A stretch of 64,000 bases of DNA from the NCBI GenBank assembly GCA_977020255.1, contig CDROCS010002076.1, positions 1 to 64,000 on the forward strand, given 5' to 3'. The stretch is from Obrimoposthia wandeli. Its lineage: Eukaryota. The notes below the pieces were generated by a model. The model had not been told where the DNA came from. It ran no database searches and worked only from the letters and a program-made list of their open reading frames with translations. Of the stretch, positions 10,199 through 22,100 are shown in pieces. The stretch's first letter is position 1; each line of letters begins with the position of its first letter. The position numbers and the translations under genes were made by a program.

Positions 10199-13100
10199 GT
10201 GAGTCGTCATAGCATATCGGGTATATGGTGCTCAAATCAGGAAAAGGCTTCCCGCTTAACTCTACTACACTTCCATACGAAGATAGATTACATAACTTTC
10301 ACAGTTATTTCCTTTGTCACGTTTGAGATATTTTTAATTTGTTCATCCATTACATTTTTAAATTGGCAATACAGTATGATCATGAAGATTTGATAGAAAG
10401 TACACCACAAAGCACATCTACGACTGTTATTATTTCTTGCGCCTATTTCTTTCGTGGCAAGTTGTGATGTTGCATTTTTCATAAAATATATTTATATAAG
10501 ATTTGTTTTAATATACTACTCTTAATCATTTCTAATCAAACCTTCAAATTTTAAGTTACAGAATTTAAATCGAAAGTTAAATGAAAAGTTACATATTAGA
10601 AAACGTTTTTCTATTAATATTTAATTCTTTTTTGTTATCTTTTTTATACCACTCAATTTATTTATACAGCTATTTTACAGAGTTTACTATAAGTGGCTTT
10701 ACAACTTCAAATCATTATAACTCAAAAACTGTAATTTTTATTGAACCAAAATCCACAGTCTATAAAGAGTACATATTATATACAATTGTTTTCCTTTGTC
10801 ATTATGCAATGGATAATTCGATATCTCAAGAATTACACATGACTGCGTATCATATTGCAGCCACCGTAATTTTGTTTGTAGCATCTACTACACTGTCAGG
10901 ATTAGTAAATCGGATTGATTTAATTTTTCCATAACGTTTGGTTTGTAACTTTCAATAACTCTAATTCTTTTTTGTTCTCCCCCAGAAAGGCTATATATTA
11001 TCTATGCTAAAATATGACAAATAAATAATTCAAATTAAAACAGAAAGAGTTAGCCAAACTGATGCAATAAAACAAAATTCAAATAAAAATAAATTCAAAC
11101 TTGTAAAGCTACTTACTGGATAATTGAATCATTTGTATAATTTAATAATAATATACAGCGAGTTTAATCTTGTTTAGAAACACTTTTATTAGTTTTGGTC
11201 ATAAGGGTGTTCCTTCACACATCCCTTCCCGTTTTTGAAATGAGTATCAAGATTGTTGTCATTTTTGTCCCCAAACTATAAAATTTGTCTACATTTAATA
11301 ATTGATTAAAGGAGTAGTTTTGCACTATCTTTAGAAGACTTTCAACTAATTTTCTGGCCTTACTGTTCTTATTTTTCTTCAGAAAGATTTCATGTGCCTC
11401 CAAACTGTTGCTAGACTACAGTTGAGGTAGCACCTTTTCGTTGACCTCTTCTCTCTTTTGTTTGGATATGTCATTTTTACTAATATTAAATTTGGTAATC
11501 TCAGATAGACAGGTCCGGCTTGTAGGATCTTTTAGTCTACGCATCCACTCATGGTAAATCTTAAATTTACTTCTGTATTTTCTACCTAGCTCTACCGGAA
11601 TAACCTTTATTTGATAAAGCAATCGTTAAAACATTTTACTTTAAAATTCCTTTAAATTAATATATTTTAATATATTTCCTTCAAATTCAGAATTTGAAAA
11701 AAAACTTTAAAACAAGCTTGTATGACTAAAAATTATTTTTCAACTTAAGATTTATTTTCTAAATATTTCGCCATTAACATAATCAATTCTATTCATCCAA
11801 TCTTTCTTTGTGTAGTGCCTAGAATTGACTATACTGTCCTCATACGTAAAAATTACGTAACCAGTTTGTAACCCAAGTAAAACTGAAAGCCTTCTAATCC
11901 ATTCGTAATCGTTTGTTATATTTACTTGGGGTTCCAGAAATCTCTACTCTTACAGTCTTGAATCGAAAATTTCTGATTTCCATTTTCACAATAGTAGTTC
12001 TCTCAACAAATTGTTTAATTTGGCTGTTTTCTATGAAATAATACTCACTTGTCTTTTATTGACCAGGTTCCATTTCAGACCCATTAATACAATATTTGTT
12101 GTTGAAAATCTGTTCACTCTAGTAAAACGAAAATACCAACTTGTGATATTTTTCGTTTCAACATTCGATGTTCATTTCAACTTCACCAACTTAATAAATT
12201 AGTGAGACAATTATGACAAGAAACATGAGGAGTCCTTGGTTTATCTTGTTTGAAATACTTTAAATCTGCTTCAAAGGGTTTGAATGTTATTGCAGCTCGG
12301 TGACGTTTTATAGCTAATTTGCCACAAATGTAACTAAAAGTGAGAATTATTGATTACACCATGTTTGTAGAGCATTACATATTTTTGAGTTATTAGTAAA
12401 ATTGCATATGAAAAACGAAAAACAGATGATTTTATTACAATTACTATAAGTTATGTAATTTTAAAATTATCCAGTTTTTGAAAATTTTAAAAATGGGGAA
12501 CATTATTTCACTCTAAATCTGTACGTGGTGAAGGAATTTCGAGGGAATATTTCTAATCAACGCAATGTTTTTAGTTTACTGTTATTTTTATTTTACATTC
12601 AATATGAAACAAACAAACCTTTCCATCACTCTAACTGAATAATGGTGACACAGATACCGCGGACATTCTCCGGATGCTGCAGAAATGCCGCTGTATGCGG
12701 CCCAGGACGACAACATCGATCCCGAGATGCTGGTTGTGTGGCGGGATGTGCTAATGACTGCCTTGCTGAATGTAACTCGTGTTAGAGTGCGACTGTACCC
12801 TCGCCATGTTGCCACCAACCCCACTGGAGTCAGGTACGTATGCAGGCAGCAGCAACCCACAAACAAACAATCCTCATGCGCGTAACAACAAATTTCTGAA
12901 TTAGCTATTAAATATAAATTTAAAAAATCTTTGTCATAAAAAATTAGTAACACTGTAAATATTTTCTCTTAAATAATATTAAAAATAATTGCACGAAATC
13001 CACACTGGGCATTGGAGAACTCAAAATAAAAGAAAACCCTCATCCAGAGAAGACTATAATCTGCTACCGTCACCCAGTCCTATTAGCCAACTTCTTCAAC

Positions 13101-16100
13101 AAGATTATAACTAGTAGAATCACACCAACTTCCTGGAGACAGTGTAGGACAATTATAAATCCCAAACCCAACAAGGACGGCAAGTACGATCAAGCACGAA
13201 ACACGCAACCTATTGCTATATTGAGTACATGCTATGAAGAAACACTGCTACATCCTCCCCTGAAACGTGCTGGGAAGTCCGAGGGATGCGCTGAGCATAC
13301 ATTCATCGAGAGTTGGAAACGCTACAACCTCACTATGAAAGTTCACATAGGCTTTCTAGAAATCTCTGACGCATTGAACTAATCTGTGATGTGTTAGATT
13401 TCAATTTAATACTCCTAAATTCAGTTTGACTAGAAATTAACGTTTTATTACGTGAAAAAGTGTTTGAAGAGAAAATATCGATAATATTCTAAGGAAAAAG
13501 TACAGAAATATAAAATATAGTTTGTTTTAAATTTTATATATTTTGATACATTCTTTCTTTAATTTGAGTAATTTTTTCACGGACATGTGTTGGGAATTAA
13601 AACATTCCAATTTAAATTTAAATTAATTTATCGAAATGCCCACAGTCAAACAGCGATTTTTGTTCAGTGATGTCTAGTTTCTATTTTCTGCTTCGCGATA
13701 GGAAAATTGCCCAAGAAGTAGGAGATAAGACAGAAGAAATTACCATCCTCTATCGATTTTCCTGCCTACCCAATTTTAATTGCACCACATACACACATGT
13801 TATTTTATTGCTTCTATCTGTGTAGTGGTGCCTATTTACGTGTGTGTCTGCAAATTTATGTAATGTCACTTGCGACTGAAATATTAATATAAAATTGTTT
13901 GACATAGAGAGATTTGATATAATTTCTAAAACTAATTTTTTAAATTGCTACAGAAAAGAAGAATTATTGCTGATCATATTTATTACTGTTATCTAAGATC
14001 TAAATAATATAGCCTCCGTTTTATTGGTAATTGTCTTGATTTATTTAATTAATAAGAATTTCCTTGAATTCCCAATGTGATTCCATGGTAATTAGAATCG
14101 AAATCAACATAAAGAAGAAAACTTATATGGTATTTCTTGATAATCGCTACGATTGACAAACTATAAATCTAAAATAGAATTTGAAACTTTCAGGATAGAG
14201 TCAGGAAATTTTTTCAAATAACGCTTAAAACCAAATTTTAACTGTTTAAGTGTATAATTTTGTAATTTACCATTTACCAGTGAAACTCCCAAAATCGATT
14301 ATTGTGATTTAGCACTTTGTTTAACACTCAAATATATTCGTCGAATACTTTGAACAAAATTTACTATTCGTTATTTGAATTTTTGTTGTTTATTTTTCGA
14401 ATAACAAGGATAAATTTTACAACCTAAGGTGTCCAAAAATAATGTAAACAAAAAAGATTAGTCAATTTTAAAATTTCATTTAAGAAAACAGATGAATTTA
14501 TATTGAATTTATATTTTCTTTCATTTCATCCAACAATTTTTTAACACAGTGGATAATAGGATAGTTTTTTTCAAAGCCGTAAAAAATTGAAAATTTACAA
14601 ATCAATTAGAGTTTGAAAAGCTAAGTTTATTATAATTGTGTCTTTCAAAGTGTATTGGATATTATCCATAGAAGCTATTAGATATTACAAATTTATAAAA
14701 ACAAGAGCTTGTTTGAAACGTATGTATATATTATTGTAAGCATTAAAACTATTTCAACATTTAAATTTTTAAAAAATATTCAAGTTTTATAATGAGTAGG
14801 TGGATGTGTCCGGTCTAATCCACAGCACCCCAGTACTTTAAAACCGTGCATGTGTGTGGAGTGAAATTTCGCTCCACACACATCTCATTTTAAAGGGCAA
14901 GAATAATCCACAACCTTTTTTCGCCCCTTTGGCTCGGGATGCGGACTATATTACAGTTTTTCCGCCGACCACGCTCAGGCCTTGGGATGACGACTATATC
15001 CTAGTTTTTTCGCCCCTTTTGAGGCGAACCACAACCGCCCCACCACCCCACATTATGATATATATTTCGGGGAGTTCATACATTCCTTCACCTAGATCTC
15101 TTCAACTTTCCCGTTCCATTGTTAACATACAAAACAGTGATAACCTTTGCTTTCTGTATAGCGTGTTGGCCATCCTCAAAAGGGATGTAATTACTGAGCA
15201 TAGAGAGCGTGTCAGTAAATATATCCCTTTTTAAATGAATTGCAGTATCATGGAATAGATTTTCGTGTTAAATTAACTGCGATATCAAGATTTGAACATC
15301 TTAATAACTTGAGTATTAATGTATTCAAATACAATACTGATATCCCAGTTAATGTACCAGATGAAGAAAATTTTAAAAATCCTTTTTGTAGATGTAATTT
15401 ATAGGAGCAAAAATGAGGGGACTCAGGTCAACTTAATTTTGCTCGAACATAATAAAAAATTCCATTATCCTGCAATTCCCAATTTAGATCGTCTTCTAAA
15501 TTTAGATAATGGAGCCTTACCGGTTAGGATAAGGTGTAAGTGGTGTCATAAATGTTTACATGGATTCCGATCCGAGCTCTCGTACAGCAAACATCTGACA
15601 TTATGTTCACTAAATCCTGATGACAATACGCTATATAGCATGCCTAAGGATAAGGATTTAAAATTCAGGGATTGGGCAAAATGCATACCCGTGGAATTCA
15701 GGGTGTATGCAGATTTTGAGTCAATTCTAGCATTGCACGACCAGTATAAGAGTATTCACCTACCGGCTTCGGCAGGACTACTATTCTTAGGCCCCAATAT
15801 TACACAGTATCATAAATTTTCCGGTCCAAATTGTATTTTAGATTTTATGTTAAAATTAGAAGAATTAGGAACAACAATTGTCAAACCGTGGTATGATCTT
15901 AATGCTCATCAAGCAATGATCATGACAGGCATAGACTGGGTTAATTTTAATTCTTGTAGATTATGTTATTTGTGTGGAACCCAGTCTAAGTTAGTCAGAG
16001 ATCATGATCATGTTACGGGGCGATACTTGGGAGCGTCGTGCAACCTTTTTAACCTTGGCCTCGACTCCCTAAAAAACCACGCATTCCCATCGTGTTTCAT

Positions 16101-19100
16101 AATCTCAAAGGTTTAGTCTATGATGAGCGTAAACTAATAACATATACTAGCAAGTACAACTTCAAGCGTAGTTTTACAATTGCATATGACTTGGTAGCAG
16201 TGTTATTAGGAAAACAGAGTATTTGTCTTGATCGACCTAGTTATATAGGTCAAACGGTTTTAGACATTTCTAAACTCAGAATGTACGACCTTCAATACAT
16301 ATAATTAGAGAAATATCGACAACAATTCAATTGTGAGATCAAAATCGCATCTGGGGTCACTGACTCTTTCTTTTTAGAATGTAAAAATGTTAGTTTAGAT
16401 AATCAATTATTACCGGCAATGTTTAGGGACAACTTACTAGATACCCATAAATATCAGGCTAAACATCCTCTACACTCTATGAGTTTAAAGGATATTATCG
16501 GGAAATTTAAGGATGTAAGCGAGGAACAGGTTTCGTATGATGATTGTATTTTCCTACGCCCTAAATGCTACAGTTTACATGCCTCTAATAATACATGTTC
16601 AATGAGAGCAAAGGGTGTGGGAAGAAACAATCTTACACATGAGGCCTACCGGAAATTTTATGATACTGGGTGTATTGAAAGCGTTGAGCAAACTAGATTT
16701 ATTTCAAGAGCCCATCAACTGTATTCCCATAAATCAACCAAAATCGCTTTGAGTAGTAATGACGATAAGCGCTTTTGGGTAGAAAAGAACGTTAGCCTGG
16801 CTTATGGACACTTCCGAATTTAAACGGTTTTCATTTTTTGATTTTTTTAGTTTATTTTTTTTAAATTTTAGATCCCTATAGCACCTTGACTCTAACTTTT
16901 TGTTATTTCAATACATTTTTTAGGATGGACCTTATTTTTGCTGACAGATCTCATTGTGATGTTGTGTTTAATAAATGTATTAAAAAAATGTCGTCTTATG
17001 TCTTTTATTATTTACCTTATATTTTTAGGGATTTAAAAAAAATAATTCAAAATAAAACATTAAAAATATTTATTATTATAACACACTAATCGTTTTGCAA
17101 CGATAACCATAAAATACATAAATGTTTACAGTTTCTCGTCGCAGAATCCTGATATTGTATCTTGTTGTAAAATACTCTTCTTCGTCCTTTTTGAATGGTT
17201 GAAACAAGTTTGTGTGGATAATACATTGCAAGTGGATCAAATACATGTATTGTCCTCTCTCTAACATAAATAGCTATCCAATGTTCTCCCGGTAAATTCA
17301 AAGTATGAGTATTGATAATGTAACCTCCAGATTGAAAAAATGGGTTCATATCAATTGGATAAACTCCATTGAATTTATCACCCAGGACCATCTCTGCTGA
17401 TTCTTGTACTTGTACTGAACTAAATAAAAATTAATAAATATAAATTTAAAAAATGTCTTACTTCATTCTATAATATGACAGTTCTGTTTTTATTGATTTG
17501 TATTTCGGAATCAAACACTCCGTAAATAAGCACCGTAGTAGGATGTGTTAAAGCTGCATTGAACTTAATTTCTAGTCGTAAATTTCCATCCTTTAGTAGT
17601 TGGCATTGGTTTATATCAAGGTCTGGTGCCAAAACAAATGTGAAGAAGGGGCAGCTGCTTTTAAACTCAGTGAAAGAAATACCATTATTTATATTTTATT
17701 CTAGTTGGCCCAAATTCCGAATAATAGATTGCGTATAAGCCAAAGCATAAGCATTACCTTCGAAATCAGTTTTATATGTTTCGCGATAATCAGTATTTCT
17801 TGAAAGTGTCACTGAACCTACATTAAGATTGTCAACTTAAGTTGCATCTGTCGTCTAATTTTCTAGAATCTTTGCAGTTTTTTGAAAAGAAATTAAAATG
17901 AATTTCGGTAATCTTACATCACCAAAATTTTGATCCTTATTAAAAGCTTGTGTACCCGTACCTAAAGACTAGGATATAAGTTTAGTTTCTCTAATAGGAT
18001 AACAAGCATTGTTTTTTTCCTTTCCTATATTATGTGCCATTAAAACTGATTGCTCAGTTTTAACTCTTCGGACATACAATTTTGCATCCAAAATATCAAG
18101 TCTAGGATTCAGAACGTCTGTGATTAACAAAGAAAAATTCCATTTATTACGTTTCAAACGAAGATGTATATTAACACCGGTAATTAAATATTTCAGGTTG
18201 TTCAAAAGAAATTCAATTTCAAAGACCCACACATTTCCTAAGCTTTAGAACCTGCAATCCATTCTTTTGCGAGTTGCGACCGTTTTATCATATCCAATGG
18301 TTGCCAAATTAGTATTTTGAGTATCAGTACTATAATTCAAAAGACTTTCAATCAAAGCTTTATGAGCATAGGAAGAATTTCCACCTTCAATTTTGACATT
18401 ATTAAGAGTTACAATGGCATCATTAAATAAAGAATTAAAGAGATAATTTACAGGTGTTACATCGGCATTTTCCTCTAAATAAGTACCATCCCGATTTAAT
18501 ACTTTTATTTGAACATAAAGCAAAGTATCATTCAAATCTAAATACTCGCTATTGGAACATTTAATATTAAATTCTAAATCAGTTAAAGTGGTTTCTGAAA
18601 CTGAGTTAACTAGAAATATTTCTTCAAAGGAAGCATTATCTACAACTACTTGTGGAAGCGGTTTATCAAAAATACACAATTCGGTTTTGGCGCAACTCAT
18701 TTTGCAAATATTGTTCCTTCAACATTCTTACGTTTGTTTATATTAATTTTTAGCTTCTTTTTACTTTTAAATCCACTACCTCCTTGGCTTTTATTTGATT
18801 TACGTTTTATAATCAAATTAGCAACTTCAGGTAAAACATTATCAAGTTCATCAAGCGCATGCTTCTTAAAAGTTGGTATTAGTTTGTTGTCCTTTGATGA
18901 AAGGTAATCCTTTCCTAATTTTGATATAAATCGCCCGAGTCTCTTTAAAAGAGGAAAGGCAAATCTACCTAATGTTCTAAGCCAGCCAGATCCGTATTGT
19001 TTACCAACAAAATATGGTAATTCTCCACCTTGTTGGCTTTGACTATAAGCTTCAATTATTGCTGGATTCGCCATTTTGTTTTCTTAAATGTATTATTAAA

Positions 19101-22100
19101 CTTGTCTTGGCCCCGTACGTGAAATCTATTAGTTGTCCGGAATCATCTCTAATATTTACTTCAATATTGTTTATAGAAAAGAGAGAAACTGGAAGATACA
19201 TTGGTTGATCTATACACATACCGACAGTGTCCCCATCTCTAGTTTCATTTTTAGATATCCATATTGTTCTCAAAAGTGGAACTCGCTGTCCTCCTACAAG
19301 CGTTGGTTCTATTAAATTAGTATAAATATATAAAAAGTTTTGCCTTATTTTTAGCTTTCATGGTTTTTATTGTATGGGTTTCAAAGATATTTCTTTTTAA
19401 ACCAAGGTTTTTTGTGAGTTTATCATCAAAGGAAACCTGTTCTATGCTGCTCTTTACCGTAAACGTTAATTTACCATATAATGTTACACATTTATCCAAA
19501 TATTCACTACATTCCTTCTGTATTAATTTACAGAAATTCACTTCACTATCTAATTTATAATCTTTTGAAAACTTTTTCAGTTCCACTACAGTCTTTGGTC
19601 TCGTTTCAAGTAACAACACTTTTGCTACTCTACCAGGAACATTTTTAACCGATTTAGATGAGACTATATCCCGTTTATTACGAGCTACTGTTAGTTCACT
19701 ATCAAAACTGAATAGAAGAGCTTCTTTTTTAGATTCAAAGTTAATTTTAATAACTTGAAGATATTTTAATCGATTTTTAAATCTGACTTTGTTTTTTTTC
19801 ATATATTACTTTCACTTCTTTATCTTTACAATTGTAATAGAATTTTCCTTTACTATCAAACCCAATCACAACTTCAATTGATTTTTCATGATCAACTTCT
19901 TTTGTAAACGAAATATGTGAGTTTTTTCTGATAGTAATTGGAGAATAATAAAAGGAAAATTCTGTTAAAGCCGCTTCCCATTCACTTTGGAGATTTATAG
20001 GATTTTCCCAATCGATAATATAGCTACTAGCGTAATTATCTGGTTGAGTCTTCGAACATCCGTTACTAGGTAAAACCATATACATAGACTTCATATTATA
20101 TTCGATGCTGATATCCAAGTTGGGTCTGAATAACCATGCCATTTAACATAGTAATGTTATGTTTACCTGTACCCTTAGATTTTAATATTTTTTGAATACG
20201 GAAAATGCTAGGTTTATTTGATATTACTTGTAGTTCTTGCTCGTAAAATTTACCGTAAACGATTGTATTGTCAGCATCTTTAATAGTATACATTATTGGA
20301 TTACTCTTTTGATCAATTTTACTTATACAAAATATTTCATCGCTCCAATTCTGATCAAAGTTTTTAATAAATGGAGTAGAGCTAATTTTCGAAATTCGAA
20401 CATATTCGTTTTTCTTATATTTAGCTTTTTTAATATTTTTTTTATTCCTGTTCATCCAAATGTCCATAGAGTTTTTATTAGTAACATCAACAGGTCTCAT
20501 TCCCTTGAGACCTCTATGTTCAAAGTGATTATATGCATGTAATATTTCAGGTAAAACTTGGATCCATTTTTTATTTCCTTCTTTTGTGAAATACCTTTTT
20601 ATTCGATTTCTTAAAGTGCGATTAAATCTTTCTACTACTGCTGCTTTGTACTGTGAAAACACAGAGTAGTGATTTATATTATTTTGTTTAAATAATGATT
20701 GAACTTGTTTATTATAAAATTATTTTCCTAAATCAGTTTGCATATTTTGTGGAATGTCCTCTTTTAATATTTCTTTAATGGCTTCAAGCATAGATATTGA
20801 AGACTTTGCTTTAACTGGAATTGCACGAGCAAACCTGCTAAATACATCAATACATGTTAAAATATATCGATATCCCTTATTAATGGAAGAATATAGGATA
20901 ATCTCCATCAAATCCATTTGCCATAAATTATTAGGACCGCTGGTTTTGTAAACTCTAGTTGGAAACCTTCTTCTCATCGGCTTGTTCAGACTGAAGGCTA
21001 GCTGGTCGCTCAGCCATTTCTGCGTTTTCTTGTAATTTTGTTTTGATCTTTATGTTATTTTTGCTAATTTTGAAACTCCTGTGTAGCTAATTGAATCTTT
21101 TGGATTGAACCATATCTTCTCCATTACAACAATTTGAATAGAAAGAAAATTTTAATTTAGGTAAAGAAGGGTTAGCACCCATATCTTTAGCTGTTTTTGA
21201 ATTAATTGTTTATGAACGTGGCGCAGCTATAATACTACTGATAATTGAAGCAACAACTGGAATAACAGCCCCTATGAAACCACCATTCTGTTTAAGAATT
21301 ATATTTCGTTTCCTTTTTTTACTTTTTACATTAGCAATATCTAGAAGAGTTATTCTATATTTCTTTAATATATTTTTCCGATTTCTAACTTTTACTCGAC
21401 CCAAAAATATATTATACAAAACTTCCAATAAATCATCTACAACAAAGGATAGAAATGCTTTAAGAATAATCATTCTCTTATGAGAAGAGGCTTTTACTAA
21501 AGCTTTAAAATAGGGTATGCTTATTTGTATTTTCTTCATTTTAATAAAAAAGGTTCAATTTGAATATTGTTTATATTTGAAGCCATTTAAGTTTTTTTTA
21601 ATTTCTAACTACAGATTTGATTAATTTTTTCACTTCTGTTTTCTTAATGATTCTTTTTTTTGATTTCTTAGGCTTTGCTTTACGTTTTACTATTAAATTC
21701 GTAAAATGCATTGTAAATTTATTTTTTATAATTGTTCTCTATTTGTTTATAAACAGTTACTCCCTTAGAATTAAATATGTCGGTTAAAACACGTAAATCA
21801 TCTGGGCAAGCTTGTGTAAAGTCAATAAATATATACCCATGTGCTTGTTTAGCAGCATCGTGGAATGAATCAACCAGAAAGTTCTTATTTTGGGGAAATG
21901 CCTGTTTGGCCACAAATTCTACAACTGTTTGATCTCTAGGATTTTTAAATAAAACTAGGTAATGTACATTAAGATTTCTTGTTCTATGGTGACCTCCTTG
22001 GTGAAAAAGATTTTGAGTGATAAATATAACTGTTACTTCACGATGTCTTGCAATCTTCGTAAATAAATTATTAAAATCCGATTCCTTGTTAGCTTCCTGA

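Noticed and set aside
8731-14794. A single Polinton inverted around the laminin exons
   Set aside because: The termini face outward from this interval, the flanking hexamers differ (GTATTT versus ATAATG), and the exons keep the gene's orientation and phase
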